Source: Octopus bimaculoides (Eukaryota). From it: 64,000 nt of DNA. Every line of letters begins with the position of its first letter. The first letter of the stretch is position 1. Where the stretch lies: positions 30,212,486-30,276,485 of the forward strand of contig NC_069005.1 in the NCBI RefSeq assembly GCF_001194135.2. The letters run 5' to 3'. The notes below the pieces were generated by a model. The model worked only from the letters and a program-made list of their open reading frames with translations, ran no database searches and had not been told where the DNA came from. The position numbers were made by a program, and so were the translations under genes. Shown one piece after another: positions 13,101 to 24,067 of the stretch.

Positions 13101-15149
13101 GGGGCAGAGAATCACCTAGCTCTACTTTATCTAATGTATCCTTCTCGAAGACAGTCATATGTGGTTCGAGACAGATTTACCTCATTATAACTGCTATTTG
13201 TTGGTGTTTACTTAAGAACATTGGTTAGTTCTGTCCATTTATTTAACATTCCAGAATCTTAGCAGCATCGAAGCAGAATATCAAACCTGTTCACTGTCAT
13301 AGAAGTGGGACTTATTTATTTAATTTGTGTCTTTTAAAAACCCTACCACTTCACCTCTTCCCAAGCTTGGGCAATAACTTATCTTCTTAAAATCTGGGGG
13401 AAAAACAATTACGCAATGGTTGTTGTTTGGCCAAAGGTTCTTACCTAGGTTTAATTGTGGTTTTAGGATCAAAATGTTGGGGCACCCCTCCACCTTTGAT
13501 TTTCTTTTTTTCTTTTTTTAAACCATTTTCCTTTGGGTGTAAGTTCAAGGTCTTTGTTTGTTGACCAATTTTAGAGGTTGCTAACAATGACCTTATTCTA
13601 CTTGCACTTTGCTCTTCAAGAAACTTGGTCTTGGTTACTAGTGCCACAACCATTTTAAGGGCATTTTTTTCCCAGCTATATGAATATATATATATATATG
13701 TGTGTGTGGGTGTATGTGTGCACACCTATATATATATATATGTATGTATGATCATATATAAAATGTATGATTATTTTTTTCATACATAAACATAAAAGCA
13801 CTTATGTGCATGTATGTGTGTGGCTACAAAGAAACACTCTGAGACTTCATGCAGTTGTCATCATGCTGAGATGTCTGCACTCATCCCCTGTCACCTGCCG
13901 ATCAATGCAGCCATTTCAGTGAGTGCTTGACTAGCTGTGTGAATGGAAACAAAAAACTTATTGAATGAGGGAGTTTGTTGCTTCATACATACTATATAAA
14001 CAAAGCCATTCTGTCTATGCTTGCATGGTTAGAATGGATTTGAAAATGAACCGGGGGTTAAATAAAAAAAAAAAGAAGACAAATCAAAGGTTTTTTTCCC
14101 CCCTTGACCCCATGACTTTTGATTTTCTCATCACTGAGATTTGTTATGCCAGAAATAAATTGAGGTGGGTGTAACTGGTAGGGCTTTAAAACTACGTTCA
14201 GAATACATATTTGATACAGGGTGGGGGTAGGTTATAGAATACGCTATCATGTCAGTTGTTAAATGCATGTCAGAAGTACCCTTTATCTGATGGCTTCTGC
14301 AGTTTCTGTTCATTTCCATTTTCACACACAAAGCACAAGAAGATTCTTACCCAAGGTGATCGAGTCCAAAGTATCATCACAATTGCAAAGCAAGTGTCTT
14401 AAGCATCTGACCCCAATGTACAAGCGCATGTGCACACGGGCATTACACACACCACCATATACATGTCTAAATATCACAACAAAGATCTCACATGTTTCGG
14501 CGTCATATCTACTAAAATGTCAACATAAGCCACTTTACAAAACGAATCCGATATATAAAGTATAGCTAAGTGGCAACAAACACTCGCAACAGTAATTTCT
14601 GTTGTGTAGGCATGTTTAGTTAAATAAGTGGAACTTCACTTGCATATAACAATAGTTTCCTCATACATTTTGAATAGTTAGATCAGCAACTAGATGTAGA
14701 TATTTCCAGGTCGAACAGGCCCAAGCTGTACTATCTGTCACAAGGGCTAAAGAATACTTTTAAGCTGAAACTCTATATCTCGGATATCTTGAGCACTGTC
14801 ATCTGTTGTGTAGAGCACTTAGCACTTTTTGATAAAAAGCTATTCATGGAACTCTTGGCACTTGAGCCACTCTTTTAACTTCTTAACTAGTCATGTGTGT
14901 ACACACACACACATATTAATGTTTGCTTTTATGTTCAGTTATGATAAAAACAATTGTTCATTAATCTGATGGGGTACTCTATGCTTTTGTAGAGTTCAAG
15001 TTTATTTTCTTAAACAAGATGTTGTTGACAGTGACTTCAAAGTTTTGGCTGGCTAAGTCATCCTCAGACTCTAATGCATTGCAGTTTGATGATGGCTTAG
15101 CTGGCCAAAGCTTTGAAGTCAATGTCAACAACATTCTTGCTTAAGGATA

Positions 15150-15206
<57 letters not shown>

Positions 15207-16869
15207 TTGTGTTTTTCCAGTTTGTTCATTTGTTCCACTAAGCACTTGTATCTTATACACACATACATACACAGAAGCTTGTGGCTGTTTGTTTAAGATG
15301 TTTGATTTGCACTCACATGATTTTGGGGTTAGATCGTTTTGGATGGCACCTTGGGCGAACGTCTTCTACTCTAGCCTTGGGCTGACCAATGCCTTGAGAG
15401 TGAAATAAAGTACCTGCCTTGAAGGCGAGGATTGACATCAGGAAGGGCATCAGGCCGTAGAATACTCCCTCATGAATTCTTGTCCAACTCATATCAGCAT
15501 GGGGAAAACAGTCATGATGAAGACACTATAAACATACATGTATGTGTATATATATATATATATATATATACATATGTATAAACAAAATTATATGTACATA
15601 CATGCATTCACACACACATACATACACATTCACACACACATTTGTGTCTATGTAAACCCACATAAATAATTTTGATTATGTGTATGCGCCTGTATGCAAA
15701 TACACCCCATTTCACACACCTACATAAGAGGGAATTTAATAAAAATGATTTTAAAGATTACATAAAGAAACTATTACTGGTAATATTTTCTTCGTATAAT
15801 TTAAAAAACCATTTTTATTAAATCATCTCTTAAATTCAAATGCCTTAGACTTACTTCTGTGCTATTTCCACCTCCATCTTTTATTTATATATATAATCCA
15901 CATAATTCAGTGTATTTTTAGTTTTGAAATCCTGTGGCACAAACTTTTACTGATAACAGCTTTTTGCAGTAACTCTAACTTCACAGACCATCAGGTGACA
16001 ATTTTCAGAGATCACAGCACACACTGCTACCACAACATGACCATCATTCTTGGTGGAAAGCTTCAAACCTAGCTTCATCTTTTGTGGTGGTTCTTCCCAA
16101 TCCAAAAATGCTGGTACCACTTTTGACATTGCATACACCTCCAAAAGTTTTCCCCGTAGGCACGCTGCAGCATTAGACAAGTTTCCATAAGAAGATTCTT
16201 TTCCCCTAATTTCGAATGAAATTTCATTAGAAACAAATTAGTCTTTTAAATCTTTCCCTTAACTACTTGCAACAAATCGCCATATATATATATATATATA
16301 AATTTAAATTTAGTTAGAGACATTAGATATGTAGATATATCTGCAAGTATATGTGAATACATACATAAACGTATGCATACCTACAGATTTCTTTATTATT
16401 CTCATATATATATATATGTAGGTAGATAGATAGAAATATTGATACATAGATGTGTAGGTAATAAAGCATATATGAATAAATACACAAAGCCTGTATCTAT
16501 ATACTCAGATTATTCTTGCTTTCTCTCATATTAATAAATATTTAAACAGCTAGACAGGCAGACATAGATTTCTCTAAAAGCACATCCTATCACCCTTAAA
16601 ACACTGCTTCCTACTTCAAGAGTTAATGTTTCCGAAAAACAAAACAATAAAAGATGGTAATTGCTTGTAATATTTTTGTTATTTTGTGTGTGTTTTTTTT
16701 AAATTCATTATGGCTTTTTTTCCTTTAAGTATTCTTTGTTTTATTGTGGAAATACTGCTATTAATCCATTGTTCGGTTCTCCCCCCCCCCTCCGGCCCAT
16801 TTTTTTTCTGCGTATGTTTTCTATCCATTTCATTGTTTCATTGTTCAATGGAATATATACGTATGTGTA

Positions 16870-16900
<31 letters not shown>

Positions 16901-17707
16901 NNNNNNNNNNNNNNNNNNNNNNNNNNNNNNNNNNNNNNNNNNNNNNNNNNNNNNNNNNNNNNNNNNNNNNNNNNNNNNNNNNNNNNNNNNNNNNNNNNNN
17001 NNNNNNNNNNNNNNNNNNNNNNNNNNNNNNNNNNNNNNNNNNNNNNNNNNNNNNNNNNNNNNNNNNNNNNNNNNNNNNNNNNNNNNNNNNNNNNNNNNNN
17101 NNNNNNNNNNNNNNNNNNNNNNNNNNNNNNNNNNNNNNNNNNNNNNNNNNNNNNNNNNNNNNNNNNNNNNNNNNNNNNNNNNNNNNNNNNNNNNNNNNNN
17201 NNNNNNNNNNNNNNNNNNNNNNNNNNNNNNNNNNNNNNNNNNNNNNNNNNNNNNNNNNNNNNNNNNNNNNNNNNNNNNNNNNNNNNNNNNNNNNNNNNNN
17301 NNNNNNNNNNNNNNNNNNNNNNNNNNNNNNNNNNNNNNNNNNNNNNNNNNNNNNNNNNNNNNNNNNNNNNNNNNNNNNNNNNNNNNNNNNNNNNNNNNNN
17401 NNNNNNNNNNNNNNNNNNNNNNNNNNNNNNNNNNNNNNNNNNNNNNNNNNNNNNNNNNNNNNNNNNNNNNNNNNNNNNNNNNNNNNNNNNNNNNNNNNNN
17501 NNNNNNNNNNNNNNNNNNNNNNNNNNNNNNNNNNNNNNNNNNNNNNNNNNNNNNNNNNNNNNNNNNNNNNNNNNNNNNNNNNNNNNNNNNNNNNNNNNNN
17601 NNNNNNNNNNNNNNNNNNNNNNNNNNNNNNNNNCACTGAAAAACTGACATTTTGTTCCTCTTTCTGACTTAAATAAAGTATTTACTACTTGTTCTATTGG
17701 CTTTGGA

Positions 17708-17766
<59 letters not shown>

Positions 17767-18117
17767 GTTGTTGTTGTTGTTGTTGTTATAATTGTAGTTA
17801 TCATTTTTATTTCAAGGATCATCACCTCTGCCTTAGTGAAGGTGGAGGTATTGTTTTCAGTTGTGTTTGTTTGTTTGTCTATGGACAAGATATCTCAAGA
17901 ATTGCTGGATGGAATTGGTTGAAACTTACAGAGATGTTTGGTCTTGTGACTGGCACGAACTGATTAGATTTTGGGATCAATCCAGTACCAGACAAGGATT
18001 CTGGATTATTTTACCTGTCTTTTTACTAAACTTTTGAGAGCGGTCGGGTTCATTTTCAGTATTCTCTTTTGTGAGAGCAGTCAAGTTTATTTCAGATATT
18101 CTCATTTTAAAAATCAT
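7365..18117 (-). CDS. Unannotated spliced protein-coding gene, hand model of 9 exons, ~332 aa; possible TOPOVIB-like protein (unconfirmed)
   Basis: Exons 18117-18015, 16164-15951, 14406-14351, 13934-13895, 13675-13445, 10363-10280, 9425-9397, 8467-8416 and 7554-7365. All have AG/GT boundaries, and the phases chain (1,2,1,2,2,2,1,2) into a 999-nt stop-free frame. Several exons stay open right up to strong donors (GTAAGA at 13444 and 14350, GTAAGT at 8415). The 3' exons and true 5' end are less certain, and gap 16901-17633 could hide an exon. Confidence 0.55.
7735..7945 (+). repeat. Unclassified ~250-bp repeat with long terminal hairpin (family P), diverged copy
   Basis: Shares its body (ACATTAA.CTGA.G....TACT..TA.TTTTGTTGAGT) and a ~120-150-nt imperfect palindrome with 14905-15150 and 54875-55075. 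Confidence 0.6.
7965..8141. mobile_element. MITE, TA-flanked (Tc1/mariner type)
   Basis: Arms of ~68 bp, CCGGAGTAAGCACAT...GAGGTAGAGTAA / TTACTCTACCTC...ATGTGCTTACTCCGG, around a 41-bp spacer, inserted in (TA)n. A single related arm lies at 55112-55180. Confidence 0.85.
8416..8467 (-). CDS. Minus-strand gene, internal exon
   Basis: CTGACAACTTTACAG acceptor and AA|GTAAGT donor; (D)EGTEVLLNENEHKESN(K). Confidence 0.6.
9397..9425 (-). CDS. Minus-strand gene, small exon (may instead run on to the TAG at 9353 as a last exon)
   Basis: TTTCAG acceptor; (S)CHQESCSCL; weak G|GTGTGC donor. Confidence 0.35.
10280..10363 (-). CDS. Minus-strand gene, internal exon
   Basis: TACAG|CAG tandem acceptor and AG|GTCAGT donor. 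Only one frame is open: SDSGAKSFMQNTLIKLLNKFARNCWLL. Confidence 0.5.
10581..10780 (+). mobile_element. piggyBac-type MITE
   Basis: Ends ...TACTAAAGGG|TTAA. Homologous to 34185-34407 and 56004-56206. Confidence 0.7.
10890..11280. repeat. Degenerate tandem duplication, ~150-bp period (~2.5 units)
   Basis: CTTGTG.A.ATCA.TCTTGTA.CA..CAACATCTGT...CTGAGTATCTTT...CTGTAC.GCACA.T.TCTCT.TGTATCCTTCCTGT.CAG repeated at ~10980 and ~11130. Confidence 0.7.
11453..11713 (+). mobile_element. hAT (Charlie/MER1-like) non-autonomous element
   Basis: Begins CAGCGGTCCCTAACCTCTTGCACCACAGACTGGTTTCATGCGAGACAAATTTTTCCACAGACTGGGG. The internal part is shared with 34021-34166, which carries the opposite end (GGACTGGTGCTGGTCTCTGGCCCGGTGATTGGGG). 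Confidence 0.7.
13445..13675 (-). CDS. Minus-strand gene, internal exon
   Basis: CATATAG acceptor, then 76 open codons ending exactly at CCTAG|GTAAGA: WEKNALKMVVALVTKTKFLEEQSASRIRSLLATSK...KTTIKP. An alternative earlier donor is ATAAG|GTCATT. Confidence 0.65.
13895..13934 (-). CDS. Minus-strand gene, internal exon
   Basis: Strong acceptor TTTTTTGTTTCCATTCACACAG and donor CAG|GTGACA; (A)SQALTEMAALIG(S). Confidence 0.7.
14351..14406 (-). CDS. Minus-strand gene, internal exon
   Basis: Donor TGG|GTAAGA; the only open frame is CLRHLLCNCDDTLDSITL; phase 2 to phase 1. Confidence 0.6.
14905..15150 (+). repeat. Family P repeat with long hairpin
   Basis: Arms GATGTTGTTGACAGTGACTTCAAAGTTTTGGCTGGCTAAGTCATC / GATGGCTTAGCTGGCCAAAGCTTTGAAGTCAATGTCAACAACATTC. 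Confidence 0.7.
15951..16164 (-). CDS. Minus-strand gene, internal exon
   Basis: CTAATGCTGCAG acceptor, then 70 open codons to CA|GTAAAA: CLRGKLLEVYAMSKVVPAFLDWEEPPQKMKLGLKLSTKNDGHVVVAVCAVISENCHLMVCEVRVTAKSCY. Confidence 0.6.
17821..17917 (-). mobile_element. Second Helentron/HINE-like fragment
   Basis: Reverse complement aligns to 4590-4685; the terminal palindrome is decayed (TACCTCCACCTTCACTAAGGCAGAGGTG). Confidence 0.6.
18015..18117 (-). CDS. Minus-strand gene, first identifiable coding exon
   Basis: MIFKMRISEINLTALTKENTENEPDRSQKFSKKT, then ACAG|GTAAAA (phase 1). There is an in-frame TAG just upstream, and a candidate non-coding first-exon donor TAA|GTAAGT at 18703/18702. Confidence 0.45.
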
Positions 18118-18766
18118 CTCTGGCTAATCGTTATATGTTACGATTCCGTATTGCTACTGTTTACATCTCTGTCAGAGATTTGATATAGCTTATTTCCCCT
18201 TTTTTTGTAAAAAAAGAAAATCACTTCACCTGTGCATCAAAAAACTGTCCTCAAATGTGGGACTACACAGATCAAACTAGCTTGACCTTGAACAAACTGA
18301 CGATACACAAGCAGCAGATCCGGGATTCCATGACCAGGAAAATTCTCATAAGCAAGCACTTAGATCAATGCCCTCACAGGCATAGATTTAAAATATCAAA
18401 TTTTCCCTCTCGGTCAATGCACTGAAAACACTTCAACCCAATTCCACTTGAATAAAGACAGCAGGCTCAGTAAAAAATATAAACAGCAGCTAAATATCCT
18501 TTAATAACACACGAGAAAGAGAAAACCCGATTTTTCCACGGAAAATGACCAGAGACAATAAATATAATTCAAAAGCCTTAACAAGCTCCCGCAGGGATTC
18601 AAAACCCAGACACACACATATATCTATATACACCAGGCTTCTTTCCTCACTCGTGTCATTATCGAACCAAGAGTTTAACTACGGTCTGTCCATAGCACTT
18701 ACTTAGCGTTACGTGCCACTCTTTGGGTCTTCTAGATCCCAATACCTCTCATATATATAAATATAT

Positions 18767-18812
<46 letters not shown>

Positions 18813-19119
18813 GATTTTTGTATTATATATACACACATGTATGTGTGTGAGTATGTATATATATGTGCGTGTGTGTATACTCATCTGAACCTAGATAAAA
18901 GTGCAGATATATTGCTTTGTAATAATAATGTTTGATAAACACAGCTTAACTCACTATTCGTTTATCAAACGTGACTGATAATAGTACATGACTCGAATGA
19001 CTAAACAAAGTTTCTGTGAGAGTGGAATAAAGACTTACCAACCCACACAACTACCCAGCCATTCATCCACTTATACACATGTATGTATATATGTACGTAT
19101 ATGTATATATATATATATA

Positions 19120-19343
19120 TCATCATCATCATCATCATCGTTTAACGTCCGCTTTCCATGCTAGCATGGGTTGGACGATTTGACTGAGGACTGGTGAAAC
19201 CGGATGGCAACACCAGGCTCCAATCTAATTTGGCAGAGTTTCTACAGCTGGATGCCCTTCCTAATGCCAACCACTCAGAGAGCGTAGTGGGTGCTTTTAC
19301 GTGTCACCCGCACGAAAACGGCCACGCTCGAAATGGTGTCTTT
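19120..19343 (-). mobile_element. RTE-clade LINE 3' end (family R)
   Basis: Reverse complement ends GGAAGGGCATCCAGCTGTAGAAAC...GGACGTTAAACGATGATGATG. Assigned to RTE because the copy at 35030-35400 links this tail to a decayed ORF2 C-terminus ([13 protein letters not shown]). Confidence 0.75.
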
Positions 19344-19989
19344 NNNNNNNNNNNNNNNNNNNNNNNNNNNNNNNNNNNNNNNNNNNNNNNNNNNNNNNNN
19401 NNNNNNNNNNNNNNNNNNNNNNNNNNNNNNNNNNNNNNNNNNNNNNNNNNNNNNNNNNNNNNNNNNNNNNNNNNNNNNNNNNNNNNNNNNNNNNNNNNNN
19501 NNNNNNNNNNNNNNNNNNNNNNNNNNNNNNNNNNNNNNNNNNNNNNNNNNNNNNNNNNNNNNNNNNNNNNNNNNNNNNNNNNNNNNNNNNNNNNNNNNNN
19601 NNNNNNNNNNNNNNNNNNNNNNNNNNNNNNNNNNNNNNNNNNNNNNNNNNNNNNNNNNNNNNNNNNNNNNNNNNNNNNNNNNNNNNNNNNNNNNNNNNNN
19701 NNNNNNNNNNNNNNNNNNNNNNNNNNNNNNNNNNNNNNNNNNNNNNNNNNNNNNNNNNNNNNNNNNNNNNNNNNNNNNNNNNNNNNNNNNNNNNNNNNNN
19801 NNNNNNNNNNNNNNNNNNNNNNNNNNNNNNNNNNNNNNNATGGATGGCACCATGAAAGAAAGTATTGAATGTAGATGAAATATTGAGTGTTCAATATAAA
19901 GGATCAAATATATAAATATATAAATATAAATATATATATATATAAAGGCGACTCGAGTTTCAGGGCTATTTCCCTTCGTCATGGCTGGT

Positions 19990-20132
19990 ATGACGTGCGG
20001 GTGGCACATGAGATGCACCGTTTTGAGCGTGGCCGTTGCCAGTACCGCCTGACTGGCTCCCGTAGGATTTTCGAGTGAGATCGTTGCCAGTGCCCCTGGA
20101 CTGGTTTGTGCGGGTGGCACATAAAAGACACC

Positions 20133-20172
<40 letters not shown>

Positions 20173-20819
20173 TGTGTGAAATACTGCTGATGAAGCAATA
20201 CACCATATATGACTACTTCTGTTGTAAGTACTTATAATGATGATAATGATGATGATGATCATCATCATCATTTATTGCACGGAATATTTGTGGCAGATTT
20301 TCCATAGCCAGATGCTTTTCCTGCTGCCAATCTTTACCTGTTTTCCAAGTAAAGTAATATTTTCCAATGACCAAACATTTTTTTACCACAGAAGATTGGA
20401 AACGAAGGACACCACTTGCATGCTGGTGACACTCGTTTAAAATTTGTCACATAAAGTCAAGGCAAGGAGACAGTACCATATATACACATATATCCATACA
20501 TATACATACACATATATACATACATACAAATATATACATGCACATATATACATACACACATAAATATGGCCGCTGCCAGTACCGCCTGACTGGCTCCCGT
20601 AGGATTTTCGAGTGAGATCGTTGCCAGTGCCCCTGGACTGGCTTGTGCGGGTGGCACATAAAAGACACCATTTCGAGCGTGGCCGTTTTCGTGCGGGTGA
20701 CACGTAAAAGCACCCACTACGCTCTCTGAGTGGTTGGCATTAGGAAGGGCATCCAGCTGTAGAAACTCTGCCAAATTAGATTGGAAAGCGGACGTTAAAC
20801 GATGATGATGATGATGATG

Positions 20820-20820
<1 letters not shown>
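19990..20820 (+). mobile_element. Two young family R segments
   Basis: 20041-20133 and ~20578-20670 differ at about one position. The second ends in GGACGTTAAAC(GAT)n. Confidence 0.75.
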
Positions 20821-20857
<37 letters not shown>

Positions 20858-21069
20858 ACTCTCCTGTTGTTAGACGATATATGAGGGTTCCCCAATTTCT
20901 TACTGAACAACCACACAGGAGAGAAAGTTGTGGTGAAAGAGTACTCTAGCATGGCCACAGTCAAGTGACTGAAATAAGTAAAAGAGTAAAAGAATACATG
21001 TTTTTAGTAGTACATAAAAACATGTATTGTGTCTGTTCTATATCCGTCGAATGTAAATGATGTACCTAA

Positions 21070-21190
21070 TTCCTCATCTCTTAAATATAGAACTGTATTA
21101 TCTAATCGGTACGGAACCGACATTAGACTTCAATGGAGACATTTAGAGAAACTCCATCAAAACCTAGCTAAAAGTGTTAGCAACAAACAA
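21070..21190 (+). mobile_element. Possible Penelope-like element N-terminal remnant
   Basis: YRTVLSNRYGTDIRLQWRHLEKLHQNLAK resembles the recalled YG...RxLEKxxxKLA start of Penelope ORFs. Short and isolated. Confidence 0.3.
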
Positions 21191-21869
21191 GATGAGGACA
21201 AATATCCGTCAACTGTAAATAACGTATGTATTGTGTCTATTAGATAATATATATATTCTTTTAGTTGTTTCAGCCATTTGGCTGTGACCATGCTGGAGCA
21301 CCGCCTTTAGTCGAGCAAACCGACCCCAGGACTTATTCTTTGTAAGCCTAGTACTTATTCTATTGGTCTCTTTTGCTGAACCGCTAAGTTATGGGGGATG
21401 TAAACACACTTCCCTTGGTTGTCAAGTGATAGTGTGGGGACAAACATATACACACACATACATATATATATATGACAGGCTTGTTTCAGTTTACCAAATC
21501 ATAATGCTTTGGTCGGCCCAAGACCATAGTAGAAGACAAGGTGCCATGCAGTGGAACTGAACCTGGAACCATGTGGTTGGTAAGCAAGCTACTTACCCCA
21601 CAGTCACTCCTGCACCTATTGAATAATTTGTCACCACTTTTCTTAACCATGTATAATACAATTGAATACAGTGTCTTCTCCTATTCAATCCATCCCACCA
21701 TTTTAAACTCTTTAACTCTCTTGTTTCCCTAACATTGCCTCCCTTAGTCTCTTCCCCAAAACCCTTTCTCAACAATAAACCTATGCAACTCCAAGGAGAA
21801 CAGTTGTCTTGGACCCTGAGGGACCATCCGACTTACACTGGCAGGGCAAGCAGACTGCCCTACATCATC

Positions 21870-22050
21870 ACTGGGTGCTTGTACTTGTGGTGGCATTTAC
21901 CTGGGGTAGGTTGAGCCAGCTCTGACCAACAAGTTCACCATGTCCCTCGGTGGCTGCAGTCAAAGCTGTCATAGGTCCTAATGTTCCAGCAAGCAAAGTA
22001 ATGCTTCTGCTCATGGCTCGAAAATCCAGGTTGCACATTTGACAAATTCC
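21870..22050 (-). mobile_element. Decayed RTE-type LINE endonuclease start
   Basis: FACWNIRTYDSFDCSHRGT...ELAQ across frameshifts resembles the APE motif WNVRTL...RRTALVARELA. Confidence 0.45.
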
Positions 22051-22458
22051 CTACAGAGAAAACAAGTGTTTCAGATAGTGCAGATGCTGTAGCCATAGTT
22101 GTCATTGGCCGTTGAGGTGTAGAGTTCATGTTTGGAGATTCAGTGGGAAAAAAGCTTCATATGTGGTCCCCTGCTCATCATCGGGGTCCATCTACTGAAC
22201 CCCTGCCATTTCTATTACAGCTTTGTCTTTCCACCCTCTCCTTCACATTAATCCCTGACATTACTTCCCCCCCACTTTCCTTCACTTCTCTTTCCATTAC
22301 TCCCACCACAACACACCTCCTTCTGTTATTCTCAACATCACCATTTTAGCATTTTTTGATTGCCTCAACAATTGACGAGATGCCGGAGCAGGTTTCTGCC
22401 CCAACATCCGAAACTCGGAGTCTTATTATGGCAACTGAATAATTGTCACATATTATAT

Positions 22459-22489
<31 letters not shown>

Positions 22490-22777
22490 CATCATCATCA
22501 TCGTTTAACGTCCGCTTTCCATGCTAGCATGGGTTGGACGATTTGACTGAGGACTGGTGAACCAGAAGGCAGCANNNNNNNNNNTGCTAGCATGGGTTGG
22601 ACGATTTGACTGAGGACTGGTGAACCAGAAGGCAGCACCAGGCTCCAATCTGATTTGGCAGAGTTTCTACAGCTGGATGCCCTTCCTAATGCCAAGCGAG
22701 AGTGTAGTGGGTGCTTTTACGTGCCACCGGCACGAAGGCCAGTCAGGCAGTACTGGCAACATATATATACACACACA

Positions 22778-22983
22778 CGAAGGGCTGCTGTAAAGTTCCT
22801 GACGTTAAGGGTGCCTGGTTGGAACCCAACCTTCTGAGTTCTTTTACAGGGCTCAGAAAAACTGAAGGGCCGCTACAGTTAGTGTGTGAATCTGAGAGGG
22901 GAATACGTTGAATAAAATCATAATTAACTAATCCTCTTGTATTTTCTTTTACCCAAAGCCAAAAGCTTTGCAGTACACCCACG
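22778..22983 (+). mobile_element. mariner deletion derivative
   Basis: Left end ACGAAGGGCTGCTGTAAAGTTCC and decayed right end AGCTTTGCAGTACACCCACG. Internal LLQGSEKLKGRYS*CVNLRGEYVE* is a mariner transposase C-terminus. Confidence 0.65.
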
Positions 22984-23488
22984 CAGGTAAACTTTGAAAA
23001 CAAAAAGAAAAAAAGAAACAACAAAACTAGAAAAGCCATTGGATGAATAACTACTTGTAAGCCAAAACCCCAGTCGTATCTGATTGACATGTGATATGAA
23101 AATTAGGTTGAGCGTAGGAAATACTCAGCGGGCGTACAAGCTCGGTATTAATTGAAAGTGACGGATAGACACGTCATCATGACAAGGTGCGCAACAGGTT
23201 GTGTTTTTATGGTCGCTCAATTCGGTAGAAATAGCAGCTAAATCTCCTTTAAATTATATCTCAGTCTTAAATAATGAAAAGACAAGATAAATAAAGTTCT
23301 CGATACTTCTTCGAAACAGGAGATATTTAGTGGCTGATCATATGCCTGTACTACCTCGGTTGACCTGGGCCTAAACAACAAAAACAACCAAACATTTCAA
23401 GTATGAATCAGAGCATAGCTTCGTTTTGAGATCGCCTGAATGGCATACGATCTAATGGATCAGTGCACGACTGAACACGCGCACACAC

Positions 23489-23544
<56 letters not shown>

Positions 23545-23966
23545 NNNNNNNNNNNNNNNNNNNNNNNNNNNNNNNNNNNNNNNNNNNNNNNNNNNNNNNN
23601 NNNNNNNNNNNNNNNNNNNNNNNNNNNNNNNNNNNNNNNNNNNNNNNNNNNNNNNNNNNNNNNNNNNNNNNNNNNNNNNNNNNNNNNNNNNNNNNNNNNN
23701 NNNNNNNNNNNNNNNNNNNNNNNNNNNNNNNNNNNNNNNNNNNNNNNNNNNNNNNNNNNNNNNNNNNNNNNNNNNNNNNNNNNNNNNNNNNNNNNNNNNN
23801 NNNNNNNNNNNNNNNNNNNNNNNNNNNNNNNNNNNNNNNNNNNNNNNNNNNNNNNNNNNNNNNNNNNNNNNNNNNNNNNNNNNNNNNNNNNNNNNNNNNN
23901 NNNNNNNNNNNNNNNNNNNNNNNNNNNNNNNNNNNNNNNNNNNNNNNNNNNNNNNNNNNNNNNNNN

Positions 23967-24039
<73 letters not shown>

Positions 24040-24067
24040 GAGAGAAAAAGAGAGAGCGAGAGAGAAA

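Noticed and set aside
13025-13393. Additional minus-strand exon(s) between the strong acceptor at 13393 and the donor at 13025
   Set aside because: All three frames contain multiple stops. Use of the 13393 acceptor would end the protein at ...KPRF*. It may be an alternative terminal exon but is not supportable as an internal coding exon.
16142-16205. Alternative reading of the 16-kb exon (GEKNLLMETCLMLQRAYGENFWR)
   Set aside because: Also phase-compatible, but it uses a weaker GTGTAT donor and leaves the 70-codon open frame ending at GTAAAA unexplained. Kept only as a secondary model.
16686-17667. Long ORFs of 260-317 aa in the track (also 19194-20198, 23408-24168, 43012-43442, 45951-46572, 54134-55015)
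   Set aside because: They run through N gaps (poly-X) and microsatellites, so they are not evidence of coding sequence.
17930-18014. Extension of the 18117 exon to the GTAAGT donor at 17929 with an in-frame TGA (selenocysteine?)
   Set aside because: No Sec-type context (no CxxU or similar) and no SECIS identified. The upstream GTAAAA donor gives a stop-free model.
21903-22052. Apparent minus-strand exon GICQMCNLDFRAMSRS...WLNLPQ with good AG/GT sites
   Set aside because: The overlapping frame carries WNIRT...ELA, typical of an RTE endonuclease start, so it is better explained as a decayed LINE. It cannot be fully excluded as an exonised fragment.
22530-22640. Direct tandem duplication of ~50 bp
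   Set aside because: Identical copies flank a 10-N gap, the usual scaffolding overlap artefact.
23125-23180. C/D-box snoRNA on the minus strand (ATGATGA...CTGA)
   Set aside because: No terminal stem, and the segment before the D box resembles 18S rRNA in sense rather than antisense orientation.
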